A stretch of 64,000 nt of DNA from Adineta vaga (lineage: Eukaryota; Animalia; Rotifera): the NCBI GenBank assembly GCA_021613535.1, contig CP075492.1:14074001-14138000 (forward strand). The letters run 5' to 3'. The translations under genes and the position numbers were made by a program. Within the stretch, counting starts at the first letter, position 1. Every line of letters begins with the position of its first letter. Of this stretch, positions 34,094 to 46,967 are shown in pieces. Under the pieces are notes generated by a model that worked only from the letters and a program-made list of their open reading frames with translations, made no database searches and was not told where the DNA came from.

Positions 34094-35113
34094 TTAGACA
34101 TCTTCGTTCTTGTTTATTCCTGCTCCAATTTGACCAGTAGTTTTTGATATGATTTTTCTTTCCGTAGTTGCTACATTCACCATCATCATATTTCTTTGTG
34201 GTGCAATTGCATTGGTATTTCTCACACATTTTATCATTGCAAGAAATTCTCGTCGAAACTCAGTAAATGTAATAATATATAACGGAAAGGACAAGATATG
34301 ATAAGTAAACATTAATGCATCAGAAATCATTAAAATTGTATAACTAACAGTGTCATAGAAGAATGCAAACATGATACTTGCTGGTATTGTCATAAGCAAA
34401 AATAAACATGTTGTGATAACTAATGTAATAGAAATGGCACGATGTTGAATACGAGAATTTTGGATGACTGTTGTCCGATGGAGACGAATCAAATGGTAAA
34501 TCACACCAACATCGAATGTGACCATGAAGAGAAATGGTGCACAATTATAAACACCCAATTGAAGATAATCCCATAATGGAAAAACTTGATAAAGCAAAGA
34601 GTTAGCTGTGATTTCGCCATTAGATTTGACATAACAAGCAAAGAGAAGAAAATGAGCATTATAGATAATAAATACACCAACAATACATGCAATGATGATT
34701 AAAATACTTTTTGATTGACTAAACCATGTTCGATTCAGACGACTCAACACTAAATATCGATCTAAACTAATAAATACACGAATCCATGCTGATGCTGAAG
34801 GCATAAAATAATCTATGAAACTCATAATTTTACATGCTGGAATACTATATCCAACTACATTGAATCCATGAATTGCCGAAAGATAATGATCAAGATTCCA
34901 TCCATATAACATGAATGTATCAAAAATGGCTATTGTGCGCATATAGTGCATGACAGGTTGCTTTTTTGTATCTCGAAATGGTCGTCGACAGAGAGTGATG
35001 AAAGTAAGTAGATTAAGAATGGTACCAGCGATGATGAGAAATAATGGATAATATGCAAAGAAAAGGAATTCAAATTTAAGATCACTTGTTGAATCTGTAT
35101 CGTTGGTAGACAT
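34094..35113 (-). CDS. Class A GPCR (peptide-receptor-like)
   Basis: GTILNLL (TM1), AIFD (TM2), ACK...SLDRY (TM3), LLMTIPA (TM6), FPLY...FRREF (TM7/H8). Confidence 0.9.
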   Translation of the reverse strand: MSTNDTDSTSDLKFEFLFFAYYPLFLIIAGTILNLLTFITLCRRPFRDTKKQPVMHYMRTIAIFDTFMLYGWNLDHYLSAIHGFNVVGYSIPACKIMSFIDYFMPSASAWIRVFISLDRYLVLSRLNRTWFSQSKSILIIIACIVGVFIIYNAHFLLFACYVKSNGEITANSLLYQVFPLWDYLQLGVYNCAPFLFMVTFDVGVIYHLIRLHRTTVIQNSRIQHRAISITLVITTCLFLLMTIPASIMFAFFYDTVSYTILMISDALMFTYHILSFPLYIITFTEFRREFLAMIKCVRNTNAIAPQRNMMMVNVATTERKIISKTTGQIGAGINKNEDV

Positions 35114-36759
35114 TGCAGAGGAGATCGTTTGTTGAGTTATTCGAATTTTGAATAGAAATAGTAAGTGAAAATAGTTGGTTGAAATGAAAAGAAGATAGTT
35201 CCTTTCCTTTTTATTGTTAAATCATATTAGTGAAAACTAACCACGATATTTTAAATTTATTACGTAATCTGCTATGAATTGTAATAGTATTAATATTGAG
35301 TCTGTGTTGCTGTTGTCTGTCTTCAACTTGTGTGAAATGAGAAGTAGAGACAAACAAAAATAATCACTTCATAGGATCTCTCAGCATAAGAAGTACTCGC
35401 ACAAAAGTACATCCTTTCTCTTTATGAAATTCAGCTTCCATGGAATTGTTTTTATAGGTTATTCATCTAAATTAATTAAATAGAGTCCGAAGTATGCCAG
35501 TTGCGAAAATGACAATTTTTTCTAGGTTTTGATAGTTATTTTGTGACTGATATTTGTGTATTCATGGTTGTTTTCTCCGTATTGTAAGTTGATTTCTTTA
35601 AAAAATATTTATATTGTATACTGAGTAACTTGCAAAGATTTATGCGCAAATTGATATTTCCACTGATTACATAGCAAAGAAGACATATTAATTCTATTTT
35701 TTGCTTTTATTATTAACTATTTAAAGTGATGCTGACAATCGACAAGTCATGCGTATTTGTCTAGTAACGGATTATACAAGTCTTTGATTAATTGGGTGAG
35801 ATGTGCGATCCACCAAGAGAGTCAGACTATTGCAGTATGTTATTGAATACAATACTCAGATATCTCTGGAAATATCGTTATGAAATTATATGTATTGATA
35901 GCTTAGTTTGATTACTCTTTCTTCATTATTAATTAGTAGTGTTTTGAATTTCTATCATCTATAAATAAACAGAATCATAATCCTATTCGTCCGAATTGAT
36001 CTTCGAAATAACTGATGCTATTTAGCAAATGTGTTTGTATCATACAGAAACCATATACTATCAACAACAGACGTATTTTTAATTTACGTCGACTTTCTCT
36101 CAGTATAATCTTGTCCACATCATTTATTCATAGAGCCATTTCTTTCTTTCCTATTATTATTTATCTTTATAAAAACATACGAGTGGTTCTCAAGCATTAC
36201 TATTGACTTATTGCACAAGAGAACGTCGAGAAAGTGCAGCATCACTATCACCATTGTTCAGCTAATATCAATAAGTACTTGCGGATGAATAGTTATGTAA
36301 TGAATAAATAAATAAATAATTGATTTGTAATCTATCGTGTTTGATTTTTGCTGATCAGTCAATGAATGAAAGATGATAATGTAAAGTAAGTTGATTATTG
36401 ATTAATATATAATAGATTGCCTATAATATCCAAGAAGCTCATGGAAACAACAATGAATAATACTCAGAGGAAAATACCATGGAAAAAAAAGAACACAAAC
36501 AAGTATATCCTGTTTTTCGTATATCAATTATATGAGCCCACGAAAATCTGATGACACGAACATTAATTCAATTTTTCTGACTTTTGTTGATAACAAATAA
36601 TGACATATTTTTCTAAGATTAATTATTACGTACATGATAAAGAAAAAAAGACAACATATCTATATGAAGCAATGTAGATATTCTTTTTCATTTCTAGTAT
36701 ACTTGTACATCATAAACTGTTCTATATATTCTGATTAGAAAAAAACGGTCAACAAAACG

Positions 36760-37143
36760 ATGAAACTTCATTTTATTTGTATATTATTGTTTGCAGTTTC
36801 GGCAGTATTCTGTGGTAGGATCAGTAAAAATACTTGTTTAGAGATGCAAAACATCCATTCTGTGTCTATTTTAGAAACAAAATTGGGAAACAGTAAAGAA
36901 ACAGCACAACGTGAATTTGAATATCGTATAATTACACGGCAATTATATGGTACAAATGATATGACAGGAAAGGATCCATCTCCAATCAGTGAAGGAGAAT
37001 TGAATAAGTACGGTCGAGAAGGATGGCAACTTTGTGGATTGATAAATGCAAATTTTGTACCAGGTCTATGGTCAACTCGAATTCCAGAAGTTCAAATGAT
37101 ATTCAAACGATTTAAACTGAAAAGTCGAGTTCACATAGGTTGA
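36760..37143 (+). CDS. Secreted DUF4177-like small protein; probable in-frame intron 36815-36874
   Basis: Signal peptide; FEYRII...ELNKYGREGWQLCG...MIFKR fits the DUF4177 pattern (EY...LN..G..GWE...FKR); 60-bp GT...AG segment after the signal peptide. Confidence 0.7.
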   Translation: MKLHFICILLFAVSAVFCGRISKNTCLEMQNIHSVSILETKLGNSKETAQREFEYRIITRQLYGTNDMTGKDPSPISEGELNKYGREGWQLCGLINANFVPGLWSTRIPEVQMIFKRFKLKSRVHIG

Positions 37144-37289
37144 AATTCTCCTAATAACTTTCATTTTTTCTTTTACAACCAAATCTTTTATTATTTTCTT
37201 TTTTCTTGAATCGCTGTCTTGAACATTACTATGAGAGTACAACTAAATAAAACATCAACTGGGTATTTTTCATGTTTACGTCGAGTGAC

Positions 37290-37325
37290 GGAAAAGAAAG
37301 GAAAGGAAAGGAAAGGAAAGGGAAA
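37290..37325 (+). repeat. (GGAAA)n microsatellite
   Basis: ggaaaagaaaggaaaggaaaggaaaggaaagggaaaa. Confidence 0.85.
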
Positions 37326-37496
37326 ATATTTGAAAAATGCTTCACATACAGAAAAAACGATATTTTAACACTCATTGCACAGACTGCATTCGTTAATAAA
37401 TTGTTTTCTTTTTCTGTTCTGTCAGAAAAAAAGAAATGTGTTATCGTCATTGTTGATGTCTATGTCATTTTAATACATAGTTATATTAACCAAACA

Positions 37497-40400
37497 ATGA
37501 CATCTGTGGATACAAAACAATCTTCTACACAAATGAATCAGGAGATTACTCGATTTATTGATTATTTACTCGATACAAATTCAACATCAGATATAGCTTA
37601 TAATCAAACAATGTTAGAAAAAAATGAACTCTATCAAATACAATATAATTCAAGCTTTGAAGAAGTAGTTGATCAAAAATTAAAACAATGGAAAGAATTT
37701 GATCAAAAACAACAAATATCCACAGTCACTGAAAACAAGCTTTGGAATGATGAATCAGAAACAGACGAAGAAACATCATCCGAAGATGAGGAGAAACAAA
37801 CATCACAAACACACAGTGATCCGAAAGAACAAATCAATTTGAAATCACATGAAATTCATATTGATTCAATTAGTGAATGTCAACGTCTTCTACAATTGTT
37901 ATATCATTGTCAACAGACTCATGTTCATTTCACGGATCTTTATTTTCGTACTCTTGATCGTTGCATGAAGCAAGATAATGAAAAGATCAGTGCGCTTGCT
38001 TTAAAACAAATTGCTTTACATCTTTTTGATGGTGTCAATGATCAAAAGGAACGTCAACATTTGATTAAATATCTTCCAAAAAACCTTTCAGCATCAACCA
38101 TTCCTGAAATACATAAACCGATTCTTGCAAAAATCCAAAGCTTAATGTCAAATAATGAATCAACTGTGATATCTGCAGATGATCTTGATGTTTTATATCC
38201 TTATCATGCTCGTTTTCTTGATCTACGACGTGAATTTCGTGATAGTACACATTATTTCATTGATGGTGATTCATTACTCCTCTCGATTGCTCATCATATC
38301 AATGTTGATCTTATTTCATATTTTGGTAATACTCTTCATGTTATCTTTATTATTGAACGTATTCTTTTAACACTTTACAATCAAACACATCAATGTAATT
38401 ATACATTAGTCTTTTTTGATTGTCATCATCAATATTATCAACAAGAAAATTCAATTCTTAATCTTATTCGTTCGTCTCTTATTGTTCATCTTTCAAAAAA
38501 TATCGATAAATATGGTCCATCAAAAGTACAACGATTTACATCATGGCTTGGTGTAGATTATAAGAAATTTGTTCAAGAAGAAAAACCACATTTTATATTT
38601 TATCATGATATGTCAAGTTTTGATTTAGTCAAAGATCAACTATTATCTCAAAAATCATTAGAACATCTTCTCTATATCTATCGTTTATTTGGTATTTATC
38701 ATCAATATCATTTAGAATGTCATGCATATCTGATGAATAAATTAACATTAACTGATGCGTATATTAAATGTTTTCAAATAGAATTTCGTATAAATTGTTC
38801 GCAACGAGTTTTAAAAAATGCAGTTCGAATATTACCATTTTACCAACATAGTACCGTTGTCGAACAAGATCGATGGATTGAATTTGAAAGACAAATAATG
38901 AATCGAATGAATAATCAGGATGATATACGATTGTTTCTCTATATTAAAACAATCATTGATTTGATTGAGAAGAATAAAGTATGTTCATTCTTGATTTCAG
39001 ATTATTTATTTGCTTTATTTGTCTTTAGGATCAATTGGAACAACAAAATTTATTCAAACTTCTTGCTCCATTACTTCTACTTCATGTTGCACTTCTCATT
39101 CGTTTGTCATTAATCGATCGGCATCTGCCATCAAATTTTCCTTCTATTACATTCAGTTCGATGTTTTCTCAATTGATCGTTCAGTTCCAACAATGTCTGG
39201 CATTATCTATCACTTCATGTTTATCACTTCGATTATGGTCAAAGATCACTGATCTATTCGATGGACGTCTTTTTACATTTACTCTCTATCAACTAAATCA
39301 ATTACTGTCGAAAGCATCTTTTGATTCCGATACAATGAGCATCGTCAATGATGGTTTATCATTTTTAAATTTGTCAACAAGTAAAAATACTTTTTATCAA
39401 ACAGTAGAAATGTTAATTCAATCGAAACATGTTATTATTTCATCTTCATCAATGAACGAAACATCTACTACAATCAAAACACAACAAATTACACAAATAA
39501 CTAATCCATTTATTGATACTTATTTGAAACCAATCATTTCAAATGCTGATAAGATGATGTTCAATTTTGTCGATCCAAAAGACATTTGTGTAACTCGATA
39601 TGAAGGTAACTATTCTTCGATATTCTCAATTCTATTAAATTTTTATTTATTATTCCGTAGGGAAATATCATTGGCATGCGTATAAAGAAGTAAGAATTTC
39701 GATAACTGTTTTTTTTAAATAATTCTATAATATTCTATGCTATAGGTTGGTGATGAAATCAGTCGCATACGAAATAATGATAAGGACTTTCGAAATACAA
39801 AGAACTATCGTTATCGAACTAAACAACAACAGAAATTGTAAGATGAATGATTGTTTTGACTTCTCTTATTGGATATCTTTCTTTTAGTTATTCTTATTTT
39901 ACTTTATATGGTAATTCATTGACTAGTCGTGATGTTCGAGATAATCATTTGCAAATTATATTACCTACTGTTTCAACAACGATAACTACAATGGATGCTA
40001 AAAAGAAAGAAAAACCTCAGAAAAAAGCAGATAAAATTCGCGAAGAACATAAACAAGAAAAAATGGCTAAACGTGCTGAAACTGAAACTGATCAACTGAC
40101 GGCAATTTATGATATATTAAAAACAATTCCATGTGATAATTATTCACAAGCCATTAAACTTATTGATGAAAGTTTACTAGATTTTGAAACATCAATTCAT
40201 CGTTTTGATTTATTAAAACAAAAATTTCGTATTCAACGAAAATATTTACAATCTCTTCGAAAGAAAACTATTTTAACACTGGAAGAAAAATCCATTTTGG
40301 AACTTCTTCAAGTAGCTTATTTTGCAACAATGACTGAAATGATTCATCTTGAAAAGATCAATGATGTCTTTGATAAAAAGAGAAAATATTTAGAAGAACT

Positions 40401-43400
40401 TATTGATTATTCACCCTTAGATCGTGAAAAATGGTATCGATTTCAATTGGAACAAATTAATAGTCGTTTACCAAGACGTGAACTTGGTGTACCTGATAAA
40501 CGCGTACTTGATTTTGTTCCAGATGAATGGCAAGTGAAATTTCTTGATGCTGTCGATAAACGACAATCAATCATTATCGTCGCTCCGACTGCTTCAGGTT
40601 CGTTTATTTCTTTCCTATATAGTCTTTCGCTTTTGAGATATATATATATATATATACAGGTAAAACTTATGCATCGTACTATGCCATGAATAAAGTATTG
40701 AAAGACAATCAAGATCAATATGGTATTTGTGTTTATATTGCACCAACGAAAGCATTGGTTAATCAAGTAGCAGGTATAGATAAATCTTTTATTGTAAACT
40801 TATTACAGAAAATAACTTTTAGCTACAATTCATTCAAAATTTGGTCCGATTTTTGGAATATTTACACGAGATTATCGTATAAATATGGATGCATGTCGAA
40901 TCTTAGTTACTGTTCCGCAATGTATGGAAATCTTACTTTTATCTCCGTCACATCAACGTTGGTGTCAACGAATTCGATATGCAATTTTTGATGAAATTCA
41001 TTGTATGTCAGGTGAAATTGGAGCTGATGTTTGGGAAAAAACGATGTTACTTATTAACTGTCCAATGATTGGTCTTTCGGCAACAGTAAATAATAGCACT
41101 GAATTATGTCAATGGATTACAAATGTTGAAAACGAACGATCGAAATTATTCAAAACATCAAATCCTCGTGAAGTCTGTTTGATTACTCATTATGAACGTG
41201 CTGCTGATCTAAATAAATATTTATATACTAATCGAGAATTATATTCAATTCATCCAATTGGAGTTATGAATGCAAAACAGTTAGTAACACGAGGTATTCC
41301 AAAAGATTTTTCTATGTCACCACGTGAAACTTTACAACTAAATGATCTTATGAATGCACAGTAAGTATAAAAACTATACTGATAATTACCACAACTTCAA
41401 TTTGATTATTGTTATAGACATAGTGATTCTGAAGAGAAACAAGTACCACCATTGGCCGAATATTTCTCATCTGATTGGATCGTTGAACGAAGTAAATCCA
41501 ATGAATATACAAAACTGGTTTGTGATCGATTTCATGATTTGATTGATAAACAAGAAACATCGACGATTGATTCAATTGTTAAATCATTGAAACCCATTAC
41601 TTCAAAAGTTGTTCAATATCCAGAAACGAAACAGGCATCATCTTTAATTGTTGATTTTATCGTGACACTTAAAGAAAAAAATCTACTTCCATGTATCGTG
41701 TTTTCGGATAATCGAAATTTATGTGAAGTGATGGCAAACAGTGTTACTAAATATTTATATAAAGTGGAAAAAAACTTGCGAGAAACAAAATATAGAATGC
41801 AAATTCAAGAATTAAATAAACGTCTGGAATTAATCGAACTCAATCGTCAAAAAATGAAACCAAAGAAAACAGCGAAATCTTCCAGTAAACGTCATCATGC
41901 TGAAGATAATCTCGAAGAAATACAGATGACAGAAGAAGAAGAAAATAATCAAATTTTCCTTTCTGGACATGAACAACAGTTATTAAATGGTATTTTAGAT
42001 GAAGGAACATTAGCTAATCAACAAGGATGTAATCGAGAATTAGTCGATGCTTTATTAGAACGTGCTGATAAAGAAAATCCTCGATTAGTTTCATATATGA
42101 GACGAGGTGTTGCTTATCATCATGCTGGTTTAAATAATAAAGGTCGAGTTGCTGTCGAAGCACTCTTTCGTAATCGATATGTTCAAGTTGTTTTCTCAAC
42201 AGCAACTCTCGGTATGTTTTTCTCCATTATCTGTATCAAGTCATAGAATTCTTTGTTCTTCTAGCATTGGGTATACATATGCCAACAAAAACAGTTGCAT
42301 TTATTCAGGATACAATTTATCTGGATGCTTTACAGTATCGACAAGCATCTGGTCGTGCAGGTCGTCGTGGATTTGATATTCAAGGTCATGTTGTATTTAT
42401 TGATATTCCTTTAGAAAAAATAAGTCATCTGATGATTTCGGCAATCCCAGATATTCATCCACATTTTCCAACAAGTGTTACATTTCTTATGCGTCTTCTT
42501 CATTTATGTTCAAGTGCAAAAGATATTCAAGATGCAATTAATCGATCATTAATTGTTTTACAATGTCCGTTAATGGCCCAAAAAACGTGGAAGAATCAAT
42601 TGATTGAAACTCAAACGCGTTTTCATTGTTTATTTACGTTAGATTTTCTTCATCGATTGAATTTAATCAATGGACAAGGACATTTAATCGGTTTAGCTGG
42701 TCTTTTAACTCATTTACATTATTTTGAACCAGCTAATATTCTACTTGTTTATCTTATGGATACTCGATTATTTCATCAAATTGAAGATCAATTCGAAATT
42801 ATCACAATCTTTGCTTATCTTTTTACGAATATGCCATGGTAAGTTGAAATCATCTTATACTTTCATATTTCATCTTCGACAGATTTTCTAGGTTAATTAC
42901 TCATCGAAAATATGAAGATCTATCTGAAAAACGAAAGAAAGCAAAATTAAATTCCAAGTTATTCTTAGAACCAATCTCAAAAGAATTCCGAAAACGTGTT
43001 GAAGTTTATAATAGCATTGTTAAAGAAGTGTATGGATGTTATATTGAAACAGTATCACAATACCTTCGTTCGAAAGGTAATACACAGGAAGAAATATTAC
43101 CATTTTCAAATATTTCATTTACTCAAAATATTGATTATGATAATGGTACATTTGAATATCAACTTCATCATCATCATTCACAACAAGATGGAAATACGTC
43201 ATCGATTTCTCCTTTTGCTGCTCTATCGGGCCTTACTCATGAAAAATATATGTCAAATTATAATCCAATTGTTGGCTCATGGGATCTTGTTTATGATCTT
43301 GATTTATCACCTAAAGTTGTTCCTTTTATTGATATTGATTGCTGTGATCATACAAATACAGCTTATCATTTGAATAGTTATGCATTAGATTTTTATAAAC

Positions 43401-43651
43401 ATGGTTCTGAAACATTGATAACTACGGAAAATGGATTAAATTCAGGTGATACATATAATCTTCTATTAGATTTTCAATTGGTACTTTCATCAATTAAAAC
43501 ATCACTGGAAGTTATTCTACAACATGAATCTAAACAAGTTGATAACAAAGATTTTGAAATGCTTTCACCATTATATAAATCATTGGGAAATGTTCATAGA
43601 CAATATATGACCAAATTTCATCGAGAATTTCCTGATCGAAATCGAATTTAA
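37497..43651 (+). CDS. DDX60: DDX60-like Ski2-family DExH RNA helicase, multi-exon
   Basis: N-terminal FIDGDSLLL...[11 protein letters not shown]...VFFD region; 29-bp microexon KYHWHAYKE (39661-39689); [87 protein letters not shown]. Confidence 0.9.
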
Positions 43652-44214
43652 ACTATTTATCCTATTCATATTCATTGACTTATGCTCATGGAAGACTATA
43701 ATATGAAATGAAGCAGTAATTTTTAGATGATGTCTATTGAAAATGCTTTGTTTTTCTTTTTAATTCATTCACTTCGCATTGCTAATCGAATAATTGATAT
43801 TTCTTAAATCTCTCTTGATAATCAATATGAAACAAAGTAAAGTAAGTAATACGTAATTCGATACTATCTGTAATAGTCATATTTGTTTCACTGTTGTGAA
43901 AATTATAACGAAATATAATATAGAATCGTATGTCTTCGTGAATGTATTGATAGAAAATAAAAAATGATGATGTGTCTGTCACCCGAAGAAATATTTGCTA
44001 TATTTATAATATTTGCGAGTATCATTCAATTTGATCGATGAGGGAGTGAATTTTTATACGATTATATAATAAAATCCTTCTTTCTTTCCATTTTTCTTCG
44101 TCTAAATTGACGACTGTCAAGAATTTCTATGGAGATAAATAATCATAGAAAAAAATACGTGTTAAAGAAATATATAAGCTATATCAATCTACTCAACAAT
44201 ATCATTCTTACGAG

Positions 44215-44951
44215 ATGACAACGAATCAACGTCCAAGAATTATTTTAGGCTGTGCAACTATGGGTCCTTCAGGTACTAATGTTGCCAGAATTACTACTGT
44301 AGATGAAACAAGAACAATGTTCAAGATGCTTCGAGCAAATGGTTATATTGAACTTGATACAGTACGAATATATAATGATGGCAAACAAGAAGCTTTTACA
44401 CGAGAAACAGGTGTGCTTAATGAAGGATTTACTATAGCTACAAAAGTATATCCAGTAGAAGCGGGTATGCATAAACCAGAGAAATTACGTGAGACATTTG
44501 AGATAAGTCTTCGTGAATTGGGTCAACCATCAGTGGAAATATTTTATCTTCATGCACCGGACCGAAGTGTTCCATTTGAAGAAACGCTTGAAGAAGTCAA
44601 TAAACTCTATGAAGAAGGTAAATTCAAAATATTTGGATTAAGCAATTTTGCTGCTTGGGAAGTAGCACAAATCGTGGAAATATGTATTTTTTCGATGCAA
44701 TAAATCATATTACAACAGTGATAGAAAAACATGGTCTTACGCTGATTGAAACGGCATTTCGTTGGCTTGTCCATCATTCAAAATTACGTACTTTCGACGG
44801 GGATGGAATCGTTATTGGAGCGAGTAGTGTTGAACAATTAGAATCAAATTTAAAAGATTTACAAAAGGGACCACTACCAGAAGGGGTCGTTCAAACACTG
44901 GATGAGGCATGGCGTATGACTCATGTTATCGCAAAAGCATATTGGAGATAA
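44215..44951 (+). pseudogene. AKR7-type (aflatoxin aldehyde reductase-like) aldo-keto reductase, internally deleted and frameshifted
   Basis: PRIILGCATMGP, ELDTVRIY, IATKVYP, FYLHAPDRSVP, GLSNFAAWEVAQIVEIC, then an out-of-frame jump to YFFDAI...AFRWLVHHSKL...IVIGASS. The central PTVYQGxYN segment is missing and no intron can restore it. Confidence 0.82.
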
Positions 44952-45198
44952 ACAAACAATTTTGCTTTCTGTTTCTTTTTCTTTTCCAATATTCTTCAAT
45001 AAATAGGATGTAGAGAAATTTTTTCTTCGTGTAGACGATCAGAATGATGCTTAGAGAAACGAACAGAACGAACTATTTCTCGGTGTTCCGAAGAAGAGAA
45101 AAATCAGTCGATAAAATTCTATATTCTTAGTTCATTCTTTACAGAGCATATTTTGCGCCATGTGTTTTTAAGTTAACGTTAAACTGGAAAACAATACA

Positions 45199-46275
45199 AT
45201 GGTTACTAAACAAAATACTATTAGTATTCTTAGTTTACCTACTGAACTTCTACATCGAATATGTGACTTTCTCGATACAAAAACAATCGTTCAATCATTT
45301 CGTCATGTGTGTATGAAACTCTTTGCTATTACAGAGACATACAATCGATACAAAATTCGTATTAATTCAGTTACAATGATAAATATCTGTCGATTTATTC
45401 CATCTGAAAATGTTTTGCAATTAGAATTCGAAAACGAACATAGTACAATTACCAACATTCATCGATTTACACGACTTCAATCATTAACTATTCATCGTAT
45501 AAATGTCAATGACGCCAAACTAGTTTTACAACATGCTGCAAGGAATTGTAAACTAATGACATTTTCTATCGATTTGGATGGTTTACAAAATATTGATGAT
45601 TTGTTATATTCAATTTCTGAAATTACTACACAATCTACTCTTCGCAAACTCATCTTAAATTTTGATCTCGATGATATTGAGAAATTTTCATGGCCACATT
45701 CATGTCGAATTACAACTCTTTCGATTGGTACATGTACTTTTAAACAATTCGCATCGATTCTACAAAATTCTCCTCATCTTCATACCCTGATGATGAATAA
45801 TTGCTGGAAGATTGACATAGATGAAACTTTTCTAACACAATCCTATCTACAATTGAACTCATTAACCTTTAATGATTTACAAATGACTATGGATAAACTT
45901 GAATATTGTCTTGGGTTTTTACCATCGCTTATTCATCTGGATCTTACGAGTTCAGGTAAACCATTTGAATTCATTCAACGTTTATCGCAATGGGAAGAAT
46001 TTCTTCGATTACGATTACCACGACTTAGTCAATTGGAAATTTGTATCTTTTGTTATTGTTGTGATTGGAATCATTTCGATGCAATAATAAATGCATTTCG
46101 AACTCCATTCTGGCTTGAAGAGAAACAATGGTTTATTACGTGTCAATTTCGTGATGATTGGACATCTAGTTTTACTTTCTTTACATCACCAGAATCATCA
46201 TCAGTTCAATACACGAAAGAAAAACATCATTTTGATAGAATTGTATGTTCTAATTTACGAGATAAGACTTTATAA
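45199..46275 (+). CDS. F-box + LRR-like protein
   Basis: ILSLPTELLHRICDFLD F-box; LxxLxL repeats; C-terminal FRTPFWLEEKQWF motif. Confidence 0.82.
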   Translation: MVTKQNTISILSLPTELLHRICDFLDTKTIVQSFRHVCMKLFAITETYNRYKIRINSVTMINICRFIPSENVLQLEFENEHSTITNIHRFTRLQSLTIHRINVNDAKLVLQHAARNCKLMTFSIDLDGLQNIDDLLYSISEITTQSTLRKLILNFDLDDIEKFSWPHSCRITTLSIGTCTFKQFASILQNSPHLHTLMMNNCWKIDIDETFLTQSYLQLNSLTFNDLQMTMDKLEYCLGFLPSLIHLDLTSSGKPFEFIQRLSQWEEFLRLRLPRLSQLEICIFCYCCDWNHFDAIINAFRTPFWLEEKQWFITCQFRDDWTSSFTFFTSPESSSVQYTKEKHHFDRIVCSNLRDKTL

Positions 46276-46334
46276 GTTTATAAAATTATATTTTTACAAC
46301 AAAAAAAGACAAAAAAATGACTGTGTTACAATTT

Positions 46335-46967
46335 TTATAAATCATAATATAATTTAAAATATTGATTCAATAAAATACGTTGATAAGTATCTAGAAGTTT
46401 ATCATAAACATGTTCACGTTCTTCAGGAGTTGCCATTTGAGGTTCATCGGTTGGTGCTTCAATAGTATCTGAAGAACTCAGTACATATGTCTTTTTTGCA
46501 GCTGTTTTACAGAGTTTTCTAGCAACGAATGTTAATACTTCATTGTGTTGTTGAGTTATTGGAGATATTGAATGAAATTGATTTGGTTCCACATGTAGTG
46601 TATTGCCCGGAAAATGGTCGTTAGTTTTTACCACGCGTAGAGCACCTGGTACACGAAAACTAGGATCAAATTTATTACCCAAGGTTCTGGGAAATTGATA
46701 TGTCATTGTGTCACTATGATCATCAATTATTTCCCACACATTCTCGATGTATTCGCCTTCCAAACAATATGTATCAAATGCATATCGATGATTATGGATA
46801 TAAGTTTCAGAACAATCAAGAAACCAATGAAAACGATATTCGAAATTTGCATTAGTATTCTTTTCTGTACAAATCACTTGATACATAACTCCCGGTAAAA
46901 CACGAACAGTAACTGTTGACCAGTTCTGTAATACATAACATAAGTATCTCATGCTTTTTTCTTCCAT
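46335..46967 (-). CDS. Cupin-fold (cysteine-dioxygenase-like) putative metalloprotein
   Basis: ETYIHNHRYAFDTYCLEGEYIENVW...NQFHSIS gives HxH...G...FH; intronless. Confidence 0.6.
   Translation of the reverse strand: MEEKSMRYLCYVLQNWSTVTVRVLPGVMYQVICTEKNTNANFEYRFHWFLDCSETYIHNHRYAFDTYCLEGEYIENVWEIIDDHSDTMTYQFPRTLGNKFDPSFRVPGALRVVKTNDHFPGNTLHVEPNQFHSISPITQQHNEVLTFVARKLCKTAAKKTYVLSSSDTIEAPTDEPQMATPEEREHVYDKLLDTYQRILLNQYFKLYYDL

Larger units (their letters stand above)
32340..35680. repeat. Old tandem duplication: ~32340-33510 paralogous to ~33770-35680
   Basis: Diverged collinear blocks: gtgatacatatagt...gacgtca (~32455/~33893), attgacaa...gaatagaaaatc (~32712/~33997), gaaatgagaa...ttgtttttata...ttcatctaaa...gaaaatgacaatttttt (~33223-33400/~35334-35520). 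Confidence 0.82.

Noticed and set aside
37272-37496. N-terminal extension of the 613-aa ORF (KERKGKERKG...)
   Set aside because: It runs through a GGAAA microsatellite and intron-like sequence; ATG 37497 is the more plausible start.
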